Below, piece by piece: positions 42,265 to 51,160 of a stretch of DNA of 64,000 bases. Source of the DNA: Chthoniobacterales bacterium (lineage in GTDB: Bacteria > Verrucomicrobiota > Verrucomicrobiia > Chthoniobacterales > UBA6821). The DNA lies in NCBI GenBank assembly GCA_036824855.1, contig DAISZK010000009.1, positions 1,296-65,295 of the forward strand. The letters run 5' to 3'. The notes under the pieces are model-generated. The model made no database searches, was not told the DNA's origin, and saw only the letters and a program-made list of their open reading frames with translations. Every line of letters starts with the position of its first letter. The stretch's first letter is position 1. A program made the translations under genes and the position numbers.

Positions 42265-44172
42265 ATGCGCTCCATCCGTCTCTTTCTTTACGGGATTCCG
42301 GCCGCACTGATCCTATTGCTGATCGCGGCATTTGTGAATGCATCGTTCCTCTCCGTGGCAAAGAAGAACGAGATGTCGATCGGTACCATCGGGGAGCCCT
42401 CGACCTTGAACCCGATCCAGCAGGCTGACTCTGCATCGGTTCAAGTAGCGGGATTCATGTTCAATGGCCTCCTGAAGTACAATCAGGATCTCGAGGTGGT
42501 GGGTGATCTCGCCGCATCCTGGGGACTCTCTCAAGAGACGACCTTTCACTTTGCCAATGCATCGGACGCCAACCATGCAAAGTCTGTTCTTGAATCGCTC
42601 CTTCCTAATTATCCTTCGTGGCCTATCACTGGAATAAAGACCGTAACCAACGATCTGGTCATCATTCTCAGCGAACCCGGACTCGTTGATTCTCAAGAAA
42701 TATCTACTCACATTTATTACAGCGGATGCAATCCCCTTCCCTTCCCTCCACTTGAGAAAGGAGACAAAGAGCGCCCTTTCAAAGCCGAGCCGATCATCCG
42801 ATTTACCCTGCGCAAGGATGTCAGGTGGCATGATGGCGCTCCTTTCACCTCGGCAGATGTCGCTTTCACCTACCATGCGATCATGGACGAGCGGGTTGCC
42901 TCCCCCAGCAGTTCCGACTTCGAACTCGTCTCCAGTCTGGAAACCCCCGATCCCTATTCCGTCGTCGTCCGCTACAAGAAACCCTTCTCCCCGGCACTTC
43001 TGAGCTGGATGCAGAGCATGCTTCCGGCGCATCTGCTTGAGAATGTGGAACCTACCAAATGGGCTGAAATCTACAACCGCCATCCCATCGGAACAGGTCC
43101 CTTCAAATTCGGAAATTGGAAAACCAACGAGTACATCCGTCTCATCAAGAACCCCGATTACTTCAGGGGATCCCCGTGGCTCGACTCCGTCGTCTTCCGC
43201 GTTCTTCCCGATCCACTCACCTTGCAACTCGCCTTCCAGACAAAGCAGGTCGACTTCTGGGCCGTCGAACCGTGGGCCGTGCAAGGCGTGGAGAATGACA
43301 AACGCTTCGACCTCTTCAGTTCGGCTGGCAACATGTACAACTACATCGGGTGGAATCTCGAAAGACCGATGTTTCAGGATCTACGCGTTCGGAAAGCTCT
43401 CGCCGAGGCGGTGAATATCCCCCAGATGATCAAGTATATCCTCTACGGACGGGGCGTGCAGTCGACCGGCATCTTCACCCCGAAAATGTGGTTCTTTGAC
43501 CCGAAGGTCCAACCTCTTCCCTATGACCCCAAGGCCGCGGCGGCGCTCCTTGACGAAGCCGGTTGGAAGGTGGGCACGGACGGTATCCGCGTGAAGGATG
43601 GTAAACGCCTCTCCTTCACCCTCCTGGCCAACAACGGCAACGATGTCCGGCGCGATATAGCAACGCTTGTTCAGGATGACCTTAGGAAAATCGGCGTCGA
43701 GGTGAAGGTCGAGATCTACGAGTGGTCGGTCCTGCTCAAACGCTTTGTGAACAAGGGAGAGTTTGATGCCATCGTCCTCGGCTGGGGACTTGGCAATGAC
43801 TACGATCAGTATGCGATCTGGCATTCCAGCAAGACCCATCCAGAGGAGCTGAACTTCGTCCACTACAAGAACCCGGAAGTCGACCACCTCCTGACCGACC
43901 TACGTCAAGAGTACAGCCGTTCTGAGATTCTAAGACTTACTGCCAAACTCCAGCAGACGATCTATGCCGATCAACCCTACATCTTCCTCTTTGTGCCGGA
44001 AGGAACCTCCGTCATGTGGAAGAACAGCTATCGCATCCGACGTCCGGGATCCAAGCCCGGGGAATGGATCGACTCGCCGGTCACCATGACCAAGGCGGGT
44101 TGGAACTACGACATGGAGTGGTTCTACCGACCCGAGTATCCGCCAAAGGTGGAAAGTCATAAGGCAGAATGA
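42265..44172 (+). CDS. oppA: Peptide ABC transporter substrate-binding protein (family 5), N-terminal TM anchor
   Basis: EPSTLNP, GDLAASW, LRKDVRWHDGAPFTSADV, PIGTGPF, VRKALA, AAALLDEAGW. Confidence 0.9.
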   Translation: MRSIRLFLYGIPAALILLLIAAFVNASFLSVAKKNEMSIGTIGEPSTLNPIQQADSASVQVAGFMFNGLLKYNQDLEVVGDLAASWGLSQETTFHFANASDANHAKSVLESLLPNYPSWPITGIKTVTNDLVIILSEPGLVDSQEISTHIYYSGCNPLPFPPLEKGDKERPFKAEPIIRFTLRKDVRWHDGAPFTSADVAFTYHAIMDERVASPSSSDFELVSSLETPDPYSVVVRYKKPFSPALLSWMQSMLPAHLLENVEPTKWAEIYNRHPIGTGPFKFGNWKTNEYIRLIKNPDYFRGSPWLDSVVFRVLPDPLTLQLAFQTKQVDFWAVEPWAVQGVENDKRFDLFSSAGNMYNYIGWNLERPMFQDLRVRKALAEAVNIPQMIKYILYGRGVQSTGIFTPKMWFFDPKVQPLPYDPKAAAALLDEAGWKVGTDGIRVKDGKRLSFTLLANNGNDVRRDIATLVQDDLRKIGVEVKVEIYEWSVLLKRFVNKGEFDAIVLGWGLGNDYDQYAIWHSSKTHPEELNFVHYKNPEVDHLLTDLRQEYSRSEILRLTAKLQQTIYADQPYIFLFVPEGTSVMWKNSYRIRRPGSKPGEWIDSPVTMTKAGWNYDMEWFYRPEYPPKVESHKAE

Positions 44173-44287
44173 AAAATTCAAAAGATAAACTGCACCTAAT
44201 CGGAACACCCCATCCAATTCACCTGATTCCATAATTCCCTGCCTTTCTTCATTTTTCCTTCTTCATTTTTCATTTTTCCTTTCTGCC
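44161..44287. repeat. Oppositely oriented heptamer arrays between oppA and oppB
   Basis: Left AAGGCAG AATGAAA AATTCAA AAGATAA; right TTCTTCA TTTTTCC TTCTTCA TTTTTCA TTTTTCC TTTCTGCC. Confidence 0.7.
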
Positions 44288-44288
44288 A

Positions 44289-45251
44289 GTGATCTCCTTC
44301 ATCATCCGCCGTCTCTTACTCAGCATGGTGTTGCTCTTTATCATCAGCATCATCTCCTTCTTCATCGTCACCCTGACTCCTGGAAGTCCTTATCCGTGGG
44401 GAGAGCTGAACCCGAAGATCTCAGCGGAAGTGAAGGCCAACTTCCGTAAGAAGTTCCACCTCGATCGCCCCCTGCATGAGCAGTATGCATTCATCATGCG
44501 GGATCTCTTCTCCGGCAACTTGCGCAGCATCAAGGATGACCGCCCCGTCATGTCACGAATCCTGGAGCGACTGCCTGCGACTGTGGCCTTGAACCTCACC
44601 TCGATTGTGATCTCACTCTCCTTCGGAACACTGCTGGGCGTCTTTGCGGCACGATACAGCGGTCATTGGCAGGATGCCGCAGGATCCTTCATCGCCTTTC
44701 TCTTCATTGCTTTACCCGGGTTCTGGATCACCTATGTGGTGGTGATAACCCTGGTAAAAGGGTTCGGCGTCCCGATCCTCGGCACACATAGTTACGGCAT
44801 TGATTTTCCCAATGCCCTTGCCTCTGGACTGGACACACTCTGGCACCTTCTCCTTCCAGCCACAATCCTGGCACTCGGAGGGATCGCCTCGCAATCACGC
44901 TACTTGAGGGCCACGATGATCGAATCGCTACGCGAGGATTATATCCGCACAGTCCGCTCCAAGGGCCTGTCCGAGGATGTCATCCTCTACAAACACGCCC
45001 TTCGTAATTCGATCCGCCCCATCATAGCCGGGATCGGAATGGTTCTGCCGGCGTTGATTGGTGGTGCCGTCGTCATCGAGACCATCTTTGCCTACCCCGG
45101 CATGGGAAGACTCGGTTACGAAGCCGTGCTGGAACGCGACTACCCCATGCTGGTCGCCCTGAACTTCGTTGTTGCAGCGTTGGTACTCCTTGGAAACCTC
45201 ATCTCGGATCTTCTCTCCGCGGCGGTCGACCCAAGAGTCCGTCTGGAATAA
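44289..45251 (+). CDS. Peptide ABC transporter permease (OppB/DppB family)
   Basis: GTG start; ERLPAT, EDYIRTVRSKGL, GAVVIETIFAYPGMG, RDYP. Confidence 0.92.
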   Translation: MISFIIRRLLLSMVLLFIISIISFFIVTLTPGSPYPWGELNPKISAEVKANFRKKFHLDRPLHEQYAFIMRDLFSGNLRSIKDDRPVMSRILERLPATVALNLTSIVISLSFGTLLGVFAARYSGHWQDAAGSFIAFLFIALPGFWITYVVVITLVKGFGVPILGTHSYGIDFPNALASGLDTLWHLLLPATILALGGIASQSRYLRATMIESLREDYIRTVRSKGLSEDVILYKHALRNSIRPIIAGIGMVLPALIGGAVVIETIFAYPGMGRLGYEAVLERDYPMLVALNFVVAALVLLGNLISDLLSAAVDPRVRLE

Positions 45252-45255
45252 AATC

Positions 45256-46131
45256 ATGCAAGGCACACAACCTCTCACCGAAACCCCGACATCACGGGTA
45301 CTCCGGCGTTTTTGGGCGAATCCGGTAGCGATTCCCTCTTTGACGATCATTCTCTTTTTAACCCTCATAGCGGGGGGAATCGTCCTTCTATCCGCAACCG
45401 GACATGACTGGCCCTGCAATCCTAACCAGACGAACCTCGAGCTAAAACTCCTCCCGCCTTCGCCACAGCATTGGATGGGAACCGACAATTTGGGTCGCGA
45501 TGTCCTCTCTCGGATGCTCCACGGAGCTTCGATCTCCCTCACCGTTGGTTTGGTCGCCGTGGCGGTTTCTCTCGGGATCGGCATAACCGTGGGGGCCATT
45601 GCAGGTTACTTTGGAGGCATCACCGATCAGATCCTGATGCGTGCGGTTGATGCCCTCCTCTGCTTCCCGACCTTCTTCCTCATCCTTACCGTGGTGGCGC
45701 TCCTCGGCCCCAGCCTGCTCAATATTGTCATCGTGATCGGCCTCGTGAGTTGGACCGGAACAGCCCGCCTTGTCCGCACTGAATTCCTGACGCTGAGGGA
45801 AACGGAATATGTGAAGAGCGCCCGAGTCCTGGGTCAGAAAGCGTGGCATATCATCACCCGTCACATCCTACCTAACGCCGCCGCTCCGATCCTTGTCACC
45901 GCAGTCCTGGGAATACCCGATGCGATCCTCCAGGAGGCAGGACTCAGCTTCCTAGGCTTCGGTGTCCAACCCCCTCAAGCGACCTGGGGGAATATCATCG
46001 CAGATGGAAAAACGTACCTCCTCGATGCTTGGTGGCTGAACCTCTTTCCGGGGCTCGCCATCCTGATTGCCTCACTGTCATTCTACCTAGCAGGTGACGC
46101 CCTTCGTGAGTCCGCCGAATCCAGAAGCTGA
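45256..46131 (+). CDS. Peptide ABC transporter permease (OppC/DppC family)
   Basis: HWMGTDNLGRDVLSR, ARLVR, EAGLSFLGFG..PP..TWG; start moved to 45256. Confidence 0.92.
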   Translation: MQGTQPLTETPTSRVLRRFWANPVAIPSLTIILFLTLIAGGIVLLSATGHDWPCNPNQTNLELKLLPPSPQHWMGTDNLGRDVLSRMLHGASISLTVGLVAVAVSLGIGITVGAIAGYFGGITDQILMRAVDALLCFPTFFLILTVVALLGPSLLNIVIVIGLVSWTGTARLVRTEFLTLRETEYVKSARVLGQKAWHIITRHILPNAAAPILVTAVLGIPDAILQEAGLSFLGFGVQPPQATWGNIIADGKTYLLDAWWLNLFPGLAILIASLSFYLAGDALRESAESRS

Positions 46132-46136
46132 ACCCC

Positions 46137-46958
46137 ATGTTAACGATCAAAGACCTCCAAATTGGATTTGCCACTCAAAATGGCATCACACCTGCTCTCA
46201 AAGGCGTCTCAATCCAAATCGGTCGTGGTGAAACCCTCGCGATCGTTGGTGAGAGCGGAAGCGGAAAAAGCGTCACGGCCCTAGCAATCACAAGACTGCT
46301 CCCCTCTCCCCCCGCCATCTATCAATCTGGAAGCATCACATTCGAAGGGCAGGATTTGCTCTCCGCATCCGATGCAGAACTCCGCAAAGTGCGTGGGGGT
46401 AAGATCGCCTACATCTTCCAAGAGCCCTCCACCTCGCTGAATCCCGTCTATTCGATCCGGAGTCAGATGGCCGAGATGATCCAACTCCATCGTCCGGACG
46501 TGACGGATATCAATGCCGAGATCATCAGATGGCTCGACGCGGTGGGTATCGTTGATCCTGCAACGCGACTCAACGACTATCCGCATCAACTGAGCGGTGG
46601 TATGCTGCAGCGTGTGATGATTGCCATGGCACTTTCTGCACGGCCCGATCTCTTGATCGCTGACGAGCCAACCACAGCACTGGATGTCACAATCCAGAAG
46701 CAGATCCTCGATAAACTCCGGGAACTCCAACGGGATCTTGGCATGGCCGTCATGCTCATCACCCACAATTTCGCCATCATCCGAGGGCTGGCCAGTCACG
46801 TGGCGGTCATGTACCGGGGTGAGATCGTCGAATACGGTGTAACCGAGCAGGTCCTCAAAGATCCCAAGCATCCCTACACCAAGGCCTTGATTGCCTGCAT
46901 CCCGCGGCTCGGCGACCACCGGAGGAGGCTTCCTACAATCGAGCCTTCCCAGCCTTAG
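46137..46958 (+). CDS. oppD: Peptide ABC transporter ATP-binding protein
   Basis: [36 protein letters not shown]. Confidence 0.95.
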   Translation: MLTIKDLQIGFATQNGITPALKGVSIQIGRGETLAIVGESGSGKSVTALAITRLLPSPPAIYQSGSITFEGQDLLSASDAELRKVRGGKIAYIFQEPSTSLNPVYSIRSQMAEMIQLHRPDVTDINAEIIRWLDAVGIVDPATRLNDYPHQLSGGMLQRVMIAMALSARPDLLIADEPTTALDVTIQKQILDKLRELQRDLGMAVMLITHNFAIIRGLASHVAVMYRGEIVEYGVTEQVLKDPKHPYTKALIACIPRLGDHRRRLPTIEPSQP

Positions 46959-47004
46959 GATTAATACAGCAATATTACATTCAAGCTATTTTTATGGCTT
47001 ATTA

Positions 47005-47017
47005 CTGTTATTAACAG
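47005..47017. promoter_or_regulatory. Palindrome CTGTTA-T-TAACAG abutting the antitoxin start; probable autoregulatory operator
   Basis: Perfect 6-bp inverted repeat in an AT-rich tract, immediately 5' of ATG 47018. Confidence 0.5.
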
Positions 47018-47172
47018 ATGAAAGCCCCCATTGAACTTCCTCCCCAAATTTTAGCAAGGGCCAAGATCATCGCCACCCGCAAGTAATCAACGCCGCATTG
47101 AATCGAATACGGCAGGGATTTCACATGGGCAACAAATCATTCAGCAGGGAAGAGGCGCATGCATGCCGCTAG
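47018..47172 (+). pseudogene. Frameshifted and internally deleted VapB-like (RHH) antitoxin
   Basis: MKAPIELPPQILARAKIIATRK* then a different frame ALNRIRQGFHMGNKSFSREEAHACR*; FSREEAH ending is typical of antitoxins upstream of PIN toxins. Confidence 0.65.
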
Positions 47173-47254
47173 ATTCCTCGACACGAATATCCTCCTCGAC
47201 GCCTACGATCTCGACGCTCCACTCGGCGTTGCGAGCGCAGGGCAACAGAGCTAG
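47159..47254 (+). pseudogene. Truncated VapC/PIN-domain toxin
   Basis: MHAARFLDTNILLDAYDLDAP...* carries the PIN N-terminal FLDTN motif but stops after 31 aa. Confidence 0.72.
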
Positions 47255-47315
47255 AGCTCAAAAGGACAAGCCTCCCAGCTTTTCAAATCGGGTGAAACCC
47301 GATTAGAATGATCGT

Positions 47316-48065
47316 ATGTACAAATTAGTATTGATACGCCACGGCGAAAGCACTTGGAACCAAGAAAACCGTTTCACCGGTTGGACCGATGTTGATCTCA
47401 ATGCCAAGGGCCTTGGCGAGGCCAAGGCCGCCGGTCAGCTTCTCAAGAAAGAGGGTTATTCCTTCGATCGCTCGTTTGTCTCCGTTCTGAAGCGCGCCCT
47501 GCGCACCAACTGGATGATCCTGGATGAACTTGATGAACTCTGGATTCCCATCGAGCGCTCCTGGCGCCTGAACGAGCGTCACTACGGCTCCCTGCAGGGA
47601 CTGAACAAGGCCGAAACCGCCACAAAGTTCGGAGACGATCAGGTTCTCATCTGGCGCCGCAGTTACGATGTTCCCCCTCCAGCCCTTGAGAAGAGCGACG
47701 AACGCTTCCCTGGTCATGATCCCCGCTACAAGGATGTGCCCGAAGCCGAACTTCCTCAAACCGAGTGCCTGAAGGACACCGTGGATCGCGTTCTCCCCTA
47801 CTGGCACAGCGAGATCGCCCCTGCGGTGAAGCGCGGAGAGAAGGTTCTGGTGACCGCTCACGGGAATACCCTTCGCGCGCTTGTGAAGTACTTCGACAAC
47901 CTGAGTGAGGATGAGGTCTTAGCCCTGAACATTCCCACCGGCATCCCCCTCGTCTATGAGTTGGATGACAACCTGAAACCGATCCGCCACTACTATCTAG
48001 GCGACCAAGAAGCTATTGCCGCCGCTGCGGCAGCCGTAGCCTCACAGGGCAAGGCTCAGAAGTAA
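47316..48065 (+). CDS. gpmA: 2,3-bisphosphoglycerate-dependent phosphoglycerate mutase
   Basis: [45 protein letters not shown]. Confidence 0.98.
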   Translation: MYKLVLIRHGESTWNQENRFTGWTDVDLNAKGLGEAKAAGQLLKKEGYSFDRSFVSVLKRALRTNWMILDELDELWIPIERSWRLNERHYGSLQGLNKAETATKFGDDQVLIWRRSYDVPPPALEKSDERFPGHDPRYKDVPEAELPQTECLKDTVDRVLPYWHSEIAPAVKRGEKVLVTAHGNTLRALVKYFDNLSEDEVLALNIPTGIPLVYELDDNLKPIRHYYLGDQEAIAAAAAAVASQGKAQK

Positions 48066-48071
48066 CAGCTC

Positions 48072-49949
48072 ATGTCTCTCGTCCACGGTCGTGACCATCA
48101 GGTCGCTTGGATCGCTGATCTCTCCGGAGATGCACCGCTCTCCACACTCAAAAGCCGCAGTGAAGTCCCCGCCGGTGACACGTGGGATCTGACACCCATT
48201 TTTGCAGATGATGCGGACTGGGAATCCGAATTCTCCGATCTCGCATCCCGTTACGAAAGGATCCATGCCTTCAAGGGTACTTTGGGTAAAAGTGCCTCGG
48301 ATCTTGCCTCCGCACTGAACTTCGAAAGCTCACTGGACCGCTCCACCGAACGACTTGCCCAATATGCAGGCCTTCGCCTCTCCGAGGATAGCTCGAATGC
48401 CCAGGCACTGGACCGCGATGGGCGCCTCTCCTCGCTCTGTGCAAAGATCAGCGAGGCCTGCTCCTGGGTGGCCCCGGAGATCCAGGAGATCCCTGATACG
48501 ACCTTTGAAGAATTTCTATCAGAACCGCTCCTAGCGGATTGGAAGACCTCCCTGCTACGACTTCGCCGTCTTAAACCGCATATTCTTAGCAACAAGGAGG
48601 AACGCCTGATCTCCCTCTCGATGCCGACGATCGGAGGGCATCACGAGACCTTCTCCCAACTCACGAATGTCGACATGACCTTCGGCACGGTGCGCAACGA
48701 TCGTGGGCAGGAAGTCGAACTGACCCAGAGCAGCTTCTCCTCCCTGTTGCAGCGTCCGGACCGTTCCGTCCGCAAGGAGGCGTTTGATAAGTTCTATAAA
48801 GAGTTCACAGCCCATCGTTACACGCTCGCCAGTTCACTTGCGAACTCGATCAAGGCGGATGTTTTCCTTGCCAAAGCACGTCATTATCCCTCGGCCCGCG
48901 AAGCCTCGCTCTTCCCAGACAATGTTCCTGTGGCCGTCTACGACAGCTTGATCGAGGCAGTCCGTTCACGACTACCCGTGCTTCACAAGTACTATGCGCT
49001 ACGCCAACAGGTCTTTAATCTACCCGACCTGCATGTCTATGACACCTACGCCCCTTTGGTGTCGGCGGTTCAGAGCGATGTCCCTTTTGACGAAGCGATC
49101 GGAATGGTTCTCCAATCACTCCATCCGCTGGGAGCCGAATATACCGAGACTCTTGGTCGGGGACTTCGGGAAGAGCGCTGGTGTGACCGCTACGAGAACA
49201 AGGGGAAGCGCAGCGGAGCCTTCTCCTACGGAACCTATCAGGCCCCCCCCTACATCCTGATGAACTACAAGCAGGATGTCTTCTCCGACATCTACACGCT
49301 GGCTCATGAGGCAGGCCACTCGATGCATACCTGGTACTCAAGAAAGGCTCAGAGCTTCCAGAATTACCATTACCCCATTTTCCTTGCCGAGGTGGCCTCG
49401 ACTTTCAACGAGATTCTCCTTACTGAGCATCTGCTCTCCCAGACCAAGGATCCTTCCATGCGCGCCTACCTGATCAACCGTCAAATCGACGATCTGCGTG
49501 GCACGCTCTTCAGACAGACGATGTTCGCGGAATTTGAAAAAATCTCCCATGCCGCCGAGGAATCCGGAGCTGCCCTCACTCTCGAGAGCTTCCGCAAGAT
49601 GTATCGTGAACTATTGGACACCTATTTCGGAAGTGGTGTTGTGATCGATGAGGAACTCGAACTGGAGTGCCTGCGCATCCCACACTTCTACAGCGCCTTC
49701 TATGTCTACAAGTACGCCACCGGAATCTCGGCCGCCATCACTCTGGCGGATCAGGTTCTCAAAACCGGCGACACCGAGCGCTATTTCGGATTCCTAAAGA
49801 GCGGGGGTAGCAAGTTCCCGATTGAGACGCTAGCCGAGGCGGGCGTCAATATGGGTTCACCGGAACCGGTGCATGCCGCCCTGGCGCTCTTCGAGCGCAG
49901 GGTCATGGAACTTGAGGAACTCCTCACTGTTTCCAGCGGGACCAACTGA
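48072..49949 (+). CDS. pepF: Oligoendopeptidase F (M3B)
   Basis: TWDL, KGKRSGAFS, TLAHEAGHSMH zinc motif, AEVAST, IPHFY..FYVYKYATG. Confidence 0.96.
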   Translation: MSLVHGRDHQVAWIADLSGDAPLSTLKSRSEVPAGDTWDLTPIFADDADWESEFSDLASRYERIHAFKGTLGKSASDLASALNFESSLDRSTERLAQYAGLRLSEDSSNAQALDRDGRLSSLCAKISEACSWVAPEIQEIPDTTFEEFLSEPLLADWKTSLLRLRRLKPHILSNKEERLISLSMPTIGGHHETFSQLTNVDMTFGTVRNDRGQEVELTQSSFSSLLQRPDRSVRKEAFDKFYKEFTAHRYTLASSLANSIKADVFLAKARHYPSAREASLFPDNVPVAVYDSLIEAVRSRLPVLHKYYALRQQVFNLPDLHVYDTYAPLVSAVQSDVPFDEAIGMVLQSLHPLGAEYTETLGRGLREERWCDRYENKGKRSGAFSYGTYQAPPYILMNYKQDVFSDIYTLAHEAGHSMHTWYSRKAQSFQNYHYPIFLAEVASTFNEILLTEHLLSQTKDPSMRAYLINRQIDDLRGTLFRQTMFAEFEKISHAAEESGAALTLESFRKMYRELLDTYFGSGVVIDEELELECLRIPHFYSAFYVYKYATGISAAITLADQVLKTGDTERYFGFLKSGGSKFPIETLAEAGVNMGSPEPVHAALALFERRVMELEELLTVSSGTN

Positions 49950-51121
49950 TGAACGCGGGATTCATCGACAGGCTTGTCGAGCGGATCCGATTTGTGGAAC
50001 CGGCCGATATCGGCCACTACCTTCAGATCCTCTCCAAAGAGAAAGGATTTCTGGAGACCATTTTTAACGCCATCTTGGAAGGTGTTGTCGTTACCGATCC
50101 ACAGGATCACATCATCTACATGAACAAGGCGGCCTGCTCGTTCTTCGGGATGAATGGCGCTGAACACATGGGACGGAGTCTGGCTCAGGCTATTCCCGGC
50201 CTGGAACTCAAGTCGGTAGCACGTCCCGGTGATGTCATGAGTCGGGACCTGGAGGTCTTTTACCCCGAGCACCGCTTTCTCAACTTCTATGTCAGTCCTC
50301 TGATGAGTGACGAAAAGGAAATCGCTCAGCGCGAACTGGTGGGCAGAGCCATTATCCTGCGCGACATCACCGAGGAACGGCGTGAGACTCAGGAAACGAT
50401 CGAGAGCGAGCGTCTCTCCGCCGTGACGCTCCTTGCAGCGGGCGTGGCACACGAGATCGGAAATCCTCTTAATTCGCTCGATATCCAGCTTCAACTTCTG
50501 GAGCGTCGCCTCAGAAAGCCCTCTCTCTCCAAGGTTGATCAGAAAGAATTGGCTGACTCCGTCGCGGTGGCCCGCGGCGAGGTGAAACGTCTTGACCAAA
50601 TCATCACCCAGTTTCTGAAAGCCGTCCGACCTGCCCCTCTCGAGTGTAAGCCGACCGACTTCAATGCACTGATTCTGGAAACAGTAGAGTTTCTCCGCAA
50701 CGAAGTGGAGGACCGTGGCATCACGGTGGACCTCTTTCCCGCAAAGCATCTTCCAAAGGTCTCGCTAGATCGGGATCAGTTCCGGCAGGCTCTTTACAAC
50801 GTCATCAGGAACAGCTTCCAAGCCATGGGGAGCACCGGACATCTGCGTATCGGCACAGCCTGTGATGACTCCCATGTATGGGTAAGCATTGGAGACACAG
50901 GTGGAGGAATCGATCCCTCCAAAGTAGGCACCATCTTCCAACCCTACTACACCACCAAGGAAAACGGCTCCGGCCTGGGACTCAATATCGTCCAGCGCAT
51001 CGTGCGGGCCCATGGGGGTGAGATCATGATCCAGAGTGCACAGGGGCAGGGAATGCTCTTCACAATCCGCCTCCCTCGGGATGACCGCCGCGTCCGCTTC
51101 CTCCCTCCGATTTCCTCCTGA
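49949..51121 (+). CDS. PAS-domain sensor histidine kinase
   Basis: PAS region, AGVAHEIGNPL H-box, N-box, DTGGGI, FQPYYTTK, GSGLGL. Confidence 0.93.
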   Translation: MNAGFIDRLVERIRFVEPADIGHYLQILSKEKGFLETIFNAILEGVVVTDPQDHIIYMNKAACSFFGMNGAEHMGRSLAQAIPGLELKSVARPGDVMSRDLEVFYPEHRFLNFYVSPLMSDEKEIAQRELVGRAIILRDITEERRETQETIESERLSAVTLLAAGVAHEIGNPLNSLDIQLQLLERRLRKPSLSKVDQKELADSVAVARGEVKRLDQIITQFLKAVRPAPLECKPTDFNALILETVEFLRNEVEDRGITVDLFPAKHLPKVSLDRDQFRQALYNVIRNSFQAMGSTGHLRIGTACDDSHVWVSIGDTGGGIDPSKVGTIFQPYYTTKENGSGLGLNIVQRIVRAHGGEIMIQSAQGQGMLFTIRLPRDDRRVRFLPPISS

Positions 51122-51160
51122 CATCTCCAGGTGCCCGGTACATCCCCTCCGATCATAACC

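Noticed and set aside
42313-43284. 323-aa - strand ORF
   Set aside because: Antisense shadow of oppA
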